DNA of 56,260 nt, taken from Candidatus Woesearchaeota archaeon CG10_big_fil_rev_8_21_14_0_10_32_9 (GTDB lineage Archaea; Nanobdellota; Nanobdellia; Woesearchaeales; 21-14-0-10-32-9). This document shows positions 46,660 to 55,382 of this stretch, piece after piece. The translations under genes and the position numbers were made by a program. The notes beneath the pieces were generated by a model, which searched no databases, had not been told where the DNA came from, and saw only the letters and a list, made by a program, of their open reading frames with translations. Location: the NCBI GenBank assembly GCA_002762915.1, contig PCYF01000001.1, forward strand, positions 1 to 56,260, read 5' to 3'. Position 1 is the first letter of the stretch. Every line of letters begins with the position of its first letter.

Positions 46660-47035
46660 CCCCCATTATTGCTACTCCTCCAATTATCAGCAATATTCCT
46701 AGGATTTCAGTAATTAACAATGCTTCAGCAAATAGTGTTACTGATGCGATTGTTACCCAAACGTAACTCAGAGCGATTATTGGATAAAGTGTGCTTAATT
46801 CTCCTCGTTTAAGACCCATCAAAAGAGCTATTGCGCTTAAACCGTAAAAAAAGAATCCTAGAATCAAGTAATAATTAGTTATTAATGCAAAAAAATCGAA
46901 TTCAAATGTTTTTGCTGCATACTTAAAAAATATTTGTCCGAGCGAGGTAAAAAAAGTTGTGAGAATAACAAGGTAGATTGCTATTCTCTGGGTTTTGTGC
47001 TTTTTATTCATCTTCTTTAAGGTTCTACTTTCCAC
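46643..47035 (-). CDS. EamA/SMR-like 4-TM half-transporter (ArnE/ArnF-like)
   Basis: 130 aa with four hydrophobic helices. Overlaps both the aglB stop and the next gene's start. Confidence 0.6.
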   Translation of the reverse strand: MESRTLKKMNKKHKTQRIAIYLVILTTFFTSLGQIFFKYAAKTFEFDFFALITNYYLILGFFFYGLSAIALLMGLKRGELSTLYPIIALSYVWVTIASVTLFAEALLITEILGILLIIGGVAIMGVANSE

Positions 47036-49803
47036 AGTATTATTTTTTCTCCTCTGAAACTTGTGACTTCTTTCATCTTCTTGAAGTGTTCAAGTCCTTT
47101 TCCATTTAAGAAAAACAATTTTGTAAACATAGAATCTGTCAACAGAGGATCCAACACCAAAGAAGAATATCCTGTTCCATCTTTGTATACAAGTACGTCT
47201 TGAGTAAATTGACTATTACTAAAAGTTGTGCTCGTAATTTTTTGTCCATCATAGATTGTTATGCCTGTTGGTTTTGCTGAACTCTGAGATACAAGACTTC
47301 CCGTTGTTAAATCAATTGCTTTTATTATGAGGAAGGATTCGTTCACAGATGTTAAGTTTATAATTGCTTTTGATACATATATTCCTGCATTTCCATTTAT
47401 TCCAATTCTTATATTATATGAACAATCCAGAACGTCAGTCTTCTGAACACAGCTCACCGGCGTCTGTGTAACGTATTGTGGCCAAGGGCTTATCCAATCA
47501 TTTGCTTGTTTTTCATCATTTATGCTTTGAACTTCTAAGTATTCTTGTTTTGCTTGCTCTGCTGAGTATCCTAGTACTTCTTGAGCTTCTTGTATTGCTA
47601 AATTTGCAGGCATGTTTTTTAATTTATAATAATTGTATGCTTTGCTGAAATTCCAACTTCCGAAGTGTCCCCACACTCCCGCTTTTCCAACCATGTCTTC
47701 GCTAGTTATATAGTACATAGGCCAGAGATCTTCGCAGTGAGAATAATCAAGAACGTTCTGCGTTTGCTCAGCAGTCAATCCAGAATCTAGGAGTGTTTGT
47801 TCCGCTTCAATCCGTGTTTCTCTCGTTATTTTTTCATGTAGTATTGTGGTTTTATATCTGTCTCCTGAGTAATTTTCTAGTAAATTGTAGCTTTCTTCTT
47901 GTCCGCAATTAAGCATTTTTAGGATGTCTAGCGCTTCATCTTCTTCATCTGTTAGAAGTGTTTTTCCGACCCAGTATATTCTTTTTCCCTGATCTCCTCC
48001 GTCAAAGGTTACTGTTCTTTCGCTTCTTGCTTGGAACCAGTGTCCAAAGTCCCACCAGCTCGTTATTATTCCTTTATCTGAATCGTTTTTTATTGTAAGC
48101 ATGGTTTCTTCCCAAGCATCATTGTAGGAAGGTATGTTTGATTTAGATATTGCGTATGCTTGTGGTACGAATTCAAATACAAATAAGAATAACATCAATA
48201 GAACAACTGCTGTTTTCAAAATTGTTTTTGTTATATTTTTAAGACTAGATTTATCGAGGCCTTTGTTCGTTTTTTGAAATATGTATCCTGCTAATGCTGT
48301 CACTCCAAAAGCTATTGTTGGTGCAAATAGTGCAGTAAATCTTATTCCTACAAGACTTGCGTAGTATGTGCTTAACATCCATGGAATCAATATTATTCCG
48401 TATAGTGGGTAGTTTGTTCCTTCTTTTTTATTAAACAAAAGAAGTAGTGCTCCCACTAATCCGCATAGGACAAATAATAATCCGCCTCCTGCAGTTAATG
48501 ATTGTTGATAGCTTCCAGGATTTAATTCTGCTACTGTTGTGAATACGCTAGGCCACAAAGCATAAGATGTTGAACCATATGCATCTCCTGCCGCTTTAAA
48601 TCCAAACACGAAATTAAGCGGTTGAAGTGGACTCGTTATTAGGTTGTTAAGACTTGATCCAGGATTTTCTCCTAAGAGTGGAGAAAGAATTATTGTGAAC
48701 AAAAATGCGCTGATTAAAAAAATAGACAGTACTTGTACAGGGCTTTTTATTTCTTCCCAGATTGTTTTCTTGTGTATTTTTTTATGTTTCATGTAATGTT
48801 TCATCAAAAGGTATGCGACAAACACAAATACTGCTCCTATGATGAAATCAAATGTGAACCACCATCCGCTCCAACTTCGCATAAACCAAAATGCGGTAAA
48901 TCCTATTAGTGAACTCCATATTAGTCTTTGTTTGAGGTTTTTGCTTTCTATGGCTTCTATGAAAAACCAAAACATCAGAAGTGGAAATAAGAATGTAACA
49001 TAGTCATCATCGGGGCTTACTGTTCTAGATACTATGGCAGGCATTACTGCTATTAGTGCTCCAGCGATTGTTCCTCCTATTGTTCCTCCGAATTTTCTTC
49101 CTATAAAGAAAGCAGGTATTACAACTAGTGCCATTAGTATGGCTGTTCTAAGTGCTGATGTGGTCATCACATCTTGAGCAGGATTGAATATTTTTATCAT
49201 TGAATGAATTTGATTTGTTATGAAGGGGGTTGTTATGAATCTAGCTTCCTGACCTAATCTGCCATCTCTTAATCCGAACATTTTTTGTCCGTCTATTTCT
49301 TCAGTTCCAAAATATCCGTTTTTTTCATACCATTTTGAATAAGAATACCACAAGTAAGAGTCTATATCTGATAAATAGAACGTGCCTTTATCATCTCGCA
49401 TTTCATCTTTGTACATTGCTGAGATTTGTTGTATTTGCGAATCAACGCTTTGTTTGTTTTTTGAATAATAGTCGGAATATTGGGTTTCTACTAATTGGGC
49501 GATGCTTGCTTCTGGAAGATCAGCTCTTTGAGTTCTTATTTGCAAGTCCATTTGACTCTTTATGTTACTTTCAACTGAGGTTTTTGCCCAATCTTCAGTC
49601 GCGGGGATTCCTAGCGAGTATGATCTTACATGAAATGCTGTGAACATCAAAACAAGAATAAGAACTATTGTTAGGGTTGTTTGATTGAATATTTTTTTAT
49701 TGTTAAAAAATTTAGATGCCTTTTGCTTTAACTCTTTTTTATTTATTTGTATTGTTTCTTCTTTTGCCAATATGTTCCCCTCTGCGATTTGAGTTTCTTG
49801 CAT
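47017..49803 (-). CDS. aglB: Archaeal oligosaccharyltransferase AglB (STT3 family)
   Basis: 928 aa. Multi-TM N-terminal half, the hallmark WWDFGHW (WWDxG) motif, and a soluble C-terminal domain. Confidence 0.9.
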   Translation of the reverse strand: MQETQIAEGNILAKEETIQINKKELKQKASKFFNNKKIFNQTTLTIVLILVLMFTAFHVRSYSLGIPATEDWAKTSVESNIKSQMDLQIRTQRADLPEASIAQLVETQYSDYYSKNKQSVDSQIQQISAMYKDEMRDDKGTFYLSDIDSYLWYSYSKWYEKNGYFGTEEIDGQKMFGLRDGRLGQEARFITTPFITNQIHSMIKIFNPAQDVMTTSALRTAILMALVVIPAFFIGRKFGGTIGGTIAGALIAVMPAIVSRTVSPDDDYVTFLFPLLMFWFFIEAIESKNLKQRLIWSSLIGFTAFWFMRSWSGWWFTFDFIIGAVFVFVAYLLMKHYMKHKKIHKKTIWEEIKSPVQVLSIFLISAFLFTIILSPLLGENPGSSLNNLITSPLQPLNFVFGFKAAGDAYGSTSYALWPSVFTTVAELNPGSYQQSLTAGGGLLFVLCGLVGALLLLFNKKEGTNYPLYGIILIPWMLSTYYASLVGIRFTALFAPTIAFGVTALAGYIFQKTNKGLDKSSLKNITKTILKTAVVLLMLFLFVFEFVPQAYAISKSNIPSYNDAWEETMLTIKNDSDKGIITSWWDFGHWFQARSERTVTFDGGDQGKRIYWVGKTLLTDEEDEALDILKMLNCGQEESYNLLENYSGDRYKTTILHEKITRETRIEAEQTLLDSGLTAEQTQNVLDYSHCEDLWPMYYITSEDMVGKAGVWGHFGSWNFSKAYNYYKLKNMPANLAIQEAQEVLGYSAEQAKQEYLEVQSINDEKQANDWISPWPQYVTQTPVSCVQKTDVLDCSYNIRIGINGNAGIYVSKAIINLTSVNESFLIIKAIDLTTGSLVSQSSAKPTGITIYDGQKITSTTFSNSQFTQDVLVYKDGTGYSSLVLDPLLTDSMFTKLFFLNGKGLEHFKKMKEVTSFRGEKIILWKVEP

Positions 49804-49830
49804 TATTTAAATATCTTTCTTAGCTTTTCA

Positions 49831-50055
49831 TTAGAAATAATGATTTACAGGAAGGTTATTATATTGGTCTTTTACTTTTCTTAAAACTTCATCTGTATCT
49901 AGCAGATTTGTAAGAATTGTTTTATTTTTTGTATCTACGGAATAATATGCGCCATCTCGATCTACATGATTAGTAATTATTAGTTTGTACCATTCATCAT
50001 TTATTATTATTCCTTTGTGTTCTGTTTTTGGCCGAGTTACAATTTCATTAATCAA
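49831..50055 (-). CDS. Hypothetical small protein
   Basis: 74 aa ORF in a short gap between the GGR-like gene and aglB on the same strand. No motif recognised. Confidence 0.35.
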   Translation of the reverse strand: MINEIVTRPKTEHKGIIINDEWYKLIITNHVDRDGAYYSVDTKNKTILTNLLDTDEVLRKVKDQYNNLPVNHYF

Positions 50056-50059
50056 CTTT

Positions 50060-51196
50060 TCATCTCTGTGATTTTAATAATGCTTTTATTCCAATTCCAA
50101 CTAATGTAGGATTATTTAAACTTAACTCTGTCAATAATTTTATCGGGGAGTCTCTATTTATTTTTGATAATATTTCTTTAGTTTTTTTAGTATTTAGAGT
50201 TTCTAAAAGTCCATTCCATTCTCTGTCAGAGTATTTTTTTAGAATTCTGTTCAATTTGTAGTGTACATAAAGTTCTAAGTTTAGTTTTCTTAGATTTTTT
50301 TTGTAGTTAAAAGGTCCGTCAGATAATGCTTTTGCAGCTTTTAATCCAGGAATTATTCCTCCGCCGGTTGTATTTTTTATTTGTAGCGCGGCATCTCCAA
50401 GCAAGGCAACAGAAAAGCAGTTCTGTTCGCTGCTCGCAGTGTTCTGCGTTCCGTGCTGCGTTCTGACCACTGTCGCCCGCGGTTTGTGTAGGGGTATCGG
50501 TCCGCCTTGTATTTCTAGAATTTTCCCAGGATACTTTTTTATAAAGTCATCAAATATTTTTTTTGCATTCGAACGAGCAGCAACACCTACGCGAGATATT
50601 TCTGGCGATTCTGGGGCTGACCAAGAGTACTCTCCAATTGTCGGATAGAAATCAATTTTTTTAGAATCAAGATCTTTTAACAAAATTCTTGCTTGAACTC
50701 CAGTTAGAAATTTACGAGTAGAGTAGAGTTTGTTATTCTTTGCAACTAAACTTGAAGGCCCGTCTGCACCAACTAGAAAATTTGTTTTTAATTCGATTAT
50801 GTTTTGAGTTTTAATATTTCTGAGTTTTATGGTTGTACCATTATTTTCCAGGTATTTGTGTCCAGAAAGAATTTTCACGCCAGTTTTTTCTGCTTCTTTA
50901 TGTAAATATTTGATAAATGAAACATTACAAATTATTCTATCTGAATTTATGGGCGTTTCAAAAGCATTATTTCTTGAAAAGATTTTTGTTCTAGTTATTT
51001 TGTTTAATGTAAATTTATTTATTTCTTTAAAGGGAAGTAATTTTTCTAGTTCAGAAGTAAGTATTCCTGTGCATTGTACAGGTTTTCCAATTTCGAGATG
51101 CTCTTCTACTAAGACGACATCTTCGTCCGGATGTTTTTCTTTGTATTGTTTTGAAAAATAAAGTCCTGCACTTCCTCCGCCTATTATAATTGTCAT
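50060..51196 (-). CDS. Geranylgeranyl reductase-family FAD-dependent oxidoreductase
   Basis: 378 aa. N-terminal IIIGGGSAGLY dinucleotide-binding motif, LVGADGPSS, and LLGDAA..GGGI near the C-terminal third. Confidence 0.75.
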   Translation of the reverse strand: MTIIIGGGSAGLYFSKQYKEKHPDEDVVLVEEHLEIGKPVQCTGILTSELEKLLPFKEINKFTLNKITRTKIFSRNNAFETPINSDRIICNVSFIKYLHKEAEKTGVKILSGHKYLENNGTTIKLRNIKTQNIIELKTNFLVGADGPSSLVAKNNKLYSTRKFLTGVQARILLKDLDSKKIDFYPTIGEYSWSAPESPEISRVGVAARSNAKKIFDDFIKKYPGKILEIQGGPIPLHKPRATVVRTQHGTQNTASSEQNCFSVALLGDAALQIKNTTGGGIIPGLKAAKALSDGPFNYKKNLRKLNLELYVHYKLNRILKKYSDREWNGLLETLNTKKTKEILSKINRDSPIKLLTELSLNNPTLVGIGIKALLKSQR

Positions 51197-51385
51197 GATG
51201 ATTGTTAAATTAAATTGTTTTTATATTTATATGTTCGTGCTCTCAAAATATCTTTGTTTTTATTATGTAATGGTGACAAAACAAGAATATTTATATATGA
51301 TGGTATCTTTCATGTTATAAAATTAGGGGGTTGGACTGTTTTATCTGTAATTATAAAAAATACAGAGGGTCCAAATGTATAAAAA

Positions 51386-52720
51386 ATGAATATTAAAAAA
51401 ACAATTTTACCACTTATCTTTGCTGGAATAACTCTTTTTGGTGCAAACGCATATGCCCAAAACAAACCGGAACAAACAAAAAAAATTAATAATCCTGTTC
51501 TTGTTGAAGGAGATCAATTAACAGAAACTTCTAAACTGAACTTTTTCTATGAACAAGATAATAAAGGAATTTTTGTCAGAATGTTAGACAAACCACACGC
51601 TAAAGAATTTATAGGAAATAATTCTTATGATGTGCCCTGCACAATTAATGATGTTGCATCTGATGTTTTCAAAGCATTAAACAGAGGAACCTCTGTAAAT
51701 AAATCTTGGTTAGAAGGAACAAACAATCACGTTAATAATGTAGAATTAAGAGATAAAGTAGATTCTAGAATAAAAAATTATTTGACTGCAAATAGACAAT
51801 CTCTTGAAGCGCAATCTTGGAATGATATTGACAAAAATGGATACAGTCTTGCAGATCTTATTGTTGGATATAATATGGTTGAAGGAGAAATTCTTAACAA
51901 CAATCTTCCGCAAAATATGCTAAAGATGCCTGTAGGTCAAAAAGTTTACATGCCTGATGAAATTGCAAGTAAATTAAAAGAAGTTGGTACAACCATTGTT
52001 CTTTATACTGGATTAGATAAAGAAGATTTAGTTGCAAAAAATAAGGAAAAAGGAAAATTCCAACAAGAGTATTTCGGAAAAACTTTTGCAGATACTTCAA
52101 AAACTTTTGGAGATTATCCTTCAGGAAGTTCTTCTGGAAATGCTTTGTTTGATTATTTAGGAACATTCTTTTCAGATTTCAACAAATCAGGAGTTTCTTT
52201 ACAAGCTTCTTATGATTCAAGAAATACTAAAGGCTTCGGAGTAGAAGTAAATCATCCAAGCGGATTAGATTTAGCAATTCAGTACCTAGTTGGATCAAAT
52301 GAAATAAATAAAGGTCTAGGAACAAGAAGTGAAACAATTCCACACCCATTCCTTCCATTGACTGCATATTCAGGAGTGACAACCACGGGTATTGAAAACT
52401 GGAGAAATGGTTTTAATGTATCTGCAGAATATCCTGTTGCAAAAACAAATTTTGGTACATTTAAAGCAGGATTAACAGGATCTTTCCTAGAATCAGAATT
52501 AATGGAAAATAAAGTTTTTGAAACTTATTTTTCAAACGGAACTGATAAAATTGATTACGATAAGAATGTAAAACAAGGAGAAAAGACCAAAAAGAACATA
52601 AGTTTCTATGGTCCTTCAGTATCTTTTGATTTGGGAGATTGGTCTTTCAATGCAAAGGCTTTGTTTTCAGATTATGAACCGTTATACTCTGCTGGAGTAA
52701 GTTATAAAATTATTAAATAA
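51386..52720 (+). CDS. Secreted protein with C-terminal OMP-like amphipathic beta-strand domain
   Basis: 444 aa. Signal peptide MNIKKTILPLIFAGITLFGANAYA/Q. The last ~190 aa contain about 8 segments of strictly alternating hydrophobic/polar residues (GVSLQASYD, GFGVEVNH, LDLAIQYLVG, GFNVSAEYPV, FKAGLTGSFLE, ISFYGPSVSFDLG, WSFNAKALFSD, LYSAGVSYKI). Confidence 0.6.
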   Translation: MNIKKTILPLIFAGITLFGANAYAQNKPEQTKKINNPVLVEGDQLTETSKLNFFYEQDNKGIFVRMLDKPHAKEFIGNNSYDVPCTINDVASDVFKALNRGTSVNKSWLEGTNNHVNNVELRDKVDSRIKNYLTANRQSLEAQSWNDIDKNGYSLADLIVGYNMVEGEILNNNLPQNMLKMPVGQKVYMPDEIASKLKEVGTTIVLYTGLDKEDLVAKNKEKGKFQQEYFGKTFADTSKTFGDYPSGSSSGNALFDYLGTFFSDFNKSGVSLQASYDSRNTKGFGVEVNHPSGLDLAIQYLVGSNEINKGLGTRSETIPHPFLPLTAYSGVTTTGIENWRNGFNVSAEYPVAKTNFGTFKAGLTGSFLESELMENKVFETYFSNGTDKIDYDKNVKQGEKTKKNISFYGPSVSFDLGDWSFNAKALFSDYEPLYSAGVSYKIIK

Positions 52721-52740
52721 AATTTCGCGGGGGAAAAATT

Positions 52741-55275
52741 ATGTTTAAATTAAATGCAAAAGTACTGGTTTTATTCTTTTTAGTATTCATGCTGGCAAGT
52801 GGAGCTTCTGCTCTGTCAATTTTTGCTCAGTTTGAAAATGAACAACAAGCAGCAACAATTACGAATGGAGAAAACATTAATTATGATGTTGCAGCAATTG
52901 CAGATCAAAGTACTTCTTGGTTAAAAGTTACTGGGAAACTTTACAAATATGATAATTCAGAAGTTGTTTTTGTAAAAACGTTATTCTCAGAAACCGTTTA
53001 TACTACGACATATTTTCCTTCAACAAAAAATTTAGCCCAAACAGATTATCAAACAGATGGAGACTATCTTGTTGATTTTTTAGCAGAAGAATATTGGACT
53101 GATGGAACTACAACTGCAAGATCTACTCAAATTTATTTGAAGGTTAATGCAACATATTCTAACATTGCACCTATTGCGGATTTTAATTACACTCCTTTAA
53201 ATCCTACTACACAAGATACTGTAATTTTCATTTCCAATTCAACAGATGATCATGGCATCATTTTAGCGGAATGGTTTGTGAATGGAGTAAAACTAGGCGA
53301 AGGAAATCTTATAACTAAATTATTCGGTCAACAAGGAACATATTCTATTAAATTAAGAGTGACTGACACTGATGGCGTTCAAACAGAAATAACAAAATTG
53401 GTAGCGGTTTCAAATGCTTCAATTATAAATAACGCTCCAACTATGCAAGCAATTCCTAATCAAGAAATCTTAGAAAGTGCTCAAACTTATGAATATCAAT
53501 TGCAAGTAGCAGATCAAGACAATGATACTCTTGTTTGTTACAAAGTTTCAGGACCTTCGTGGATAAATGTAGAGTCACAATCATGTAAAGTTGTAGCATC
53601 TAGTATTCCTCAAGTAACTCAAAATAATAGTTATTTAATTTCTGTGGGTGTAAGCGATGGTCAACTATCTGACAATAAAAGTTATTCTTTGAAAGTTGTT
53701 GATGTGCCTCTATTTGTAGTTTTAGATGAATTATTTTGTAATCCCGATGTTGTTGTTGGACATCAACAACATTGTTCAGTACATGTTTCTGAAAATATTT
53801 CAGATGCAATAATTACTTTCAAGTATGTTTCTGATGATTCCACTTTAGGACAATGTGAAACAAATGACAAAGGATATTGCCACATTAATCCGAATATTAC
53901 TTTAGCTGCAGGAAATTATGAAATTTATGCAGAAGCTGTAAAGCCAAATTACATTTCAGATTTAACTAAAAATTTGAGAACAACATTTAAAGTTTGGACA
54001 GAAAGATATGATGTTGCAAATCTAAAAGTGTATGAAGATGCATTTGTAACTGAAAATTATACTTTTTATAGATCAGCGCCCATGTATGTGAGTTTTGATG
54101 TTATTGATTTAATTACTGGAGAAATTGTTCCAGCATCTCAAGGATTAATCGATAGTGTATTTTTGAGAGTAAACAATAACTTTGTGTTAAACTTTACTAG
54201 ATACAATTCCGGAAACGAATATAAATATGAGTTGTCCTCAATTCCTATATCTGATGATTTCTTGGGGCAAGGTAATGTGTATGCTTTTGTATTTAATTTT
54301 ACAGATGATACTGCGGGCCAGGAAGACGTTGTTGTTAATATATTAAACAATCCTTTGGCATTTAATCCTCCACAGCAAGTACAATTACAACAAGGTGATT
54401 CAGTGGTTATAGATTTCAATCAGTATATTAGTGATGTTGAAACTCCTGTTGAAGATGTTTTGTTAAGTTATGCAAACACGGGAAATGTTCTTACTGTTCA
54501 ACCAATAGGAAATAAGATTTACAATATTACTGCAACTCAGTCTTTTGTCGGAAATCAAACAGTGGTTTTTGCTGCTGATGATACTGATGGCTCAGTTGTT
54601 TTCAGAAATGTAAATTTCTTAGTTAATCCCATTATTTTAACAAACTTGCCAGTTGCGGTTTTATACATGCCTGAATCTGTGCGTGCAGGAACTGAAGTGT
54701 TGTTAAATGGTTCAGAGTCATATGATTTAGATGGTGATGAAATTAATTTGTACTCTTGGAGTGTTGTGCAAGAAGGAAAACTTATTCAGTCTTGGTCAAC
54801 AACTGCTTCAACAACTAGTTATTTGTTTAATGCAAATGGACAATTTGAAGTAACTTTAACTGTTACAAATGTTTTGAACGAATCTGGAAGTACTACAAAG
54901 AAGATTTTCATAGGGCGAAATAATCCTCAAACTGTTGTTGGACAAGAAGACGGTATTTATGTGGAAAACTTTGAAGTCGTTGGAACAGATTGGGGCGTTG
55001 TTAGTGTTGAAGACGCTTTTGTTGTAAGGGCAACTGTAACTAATGATAGAAGTAAAATGAAAAATTTAAGATTGACCTTTAGCATTCCGGAATTAGGTTT
55101 TATTGCTAAAAGCGAATCTTTCACACTAAGTAGTGGAGATACAGAAGATATTCAATTTTATGTTCAATTACCATTTGATTCATCAGAAGTTCCTGCAGGA
55201 GAGTATATCTCTTTAGTGGGGGTAAGTGATTCGGATATAATTAGAAATAAGTATTTTCCTTTGATAATCGAGTAA
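52741..55275 (+). CDS. Large secreted surface protein with PKD, cadherin-like Ig and CARDB-like domains
   Basis: 844 aa. Signal peptide. Two PKD-like domains (ADFNYTP...GTYSIKLRVTDTDG; AVLYMP...GQFEVTLTVTN), an Ig-like NNAPTMQAIPNQ... segment, and a CARDB-like C-terminal domain. Confidence 0.75.
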   Translation: MFKLNAKVLVLFFLVFMLASGASALSIFAQFENEQQAATITNGENINYDVAAIADQSTSWLKVTGKLYKYDNSEVVFVKTLFSETVYTTTYFPSTKNLAQTDYQTDGDYLVDFLAEEYWTDGTTTARSTQIYLKVNATYSNIAPIADFNYTPLNPTTQDTVIFISNSTDDHGIILAEWFVNGVKLGEGNLITKLFGQQGTYSIKLRVTDTDGVQTEITKLVAVSNASIINNAPTMQAIPNQEILESAQTYEYQLQVADQDNDTLVCYKVSGPSWINVESQSCKVVASSIPQVTQNNSYLISVGVSDGQLSDNKSYSLKVVDVPLFVVLDELFCNPDVVVGHQQHCSVHVSENISDAIITFKYVSDDSTLGQCETNDKGYCHINPNITLAAGNYEIYAEAVKPNYISDLTKNLRTTFKVWTERYDVANLKVYEDAFVTENYTFYRSAPMYVSFDVIDLITGEIVPASQGLIDSVFLRVNNNFVLNFTRYNSGNEYKYELSSIPISDDFLGQGNVYAFVFNFTDDTAGQEDVVVNILNNPLAFNPPQQVQLQQGDSVVIDFNQYISDVETPVEDVLLSYANTGNVLTVQPIGNKIYNITATQSFVGNQTVVFAADDTDGSVVFRNVNFLVNPIILTNLPVAVLYMPESVRAGTEVLLNGSESYDLDGDEINLYSWSVVQEGKLIQSWSTTASTTSYLFNANGQFEVTLTVTNVLNESGSTTKKIFIGRNNPQTVVGQEDGIYVENFEVVGTDWGVVSVEDAFVVRATVTNDRSKMKNLRLTFSIPELGFIAKSESFTLSSGDTEDIQFYVQLPFDSSEVPAGEYISLVGVSDSDIIRNKYFPLIIE

Positions 55276-55382
55276 GGTATTCACTAGGGAATGGTTACAA
55301 TGAAAACATTTAAATATGATTAATCATTTCATGACGGTGATAGTACTTTAAAATAATAATAAGAAGGACGGGGGGTAATAAA

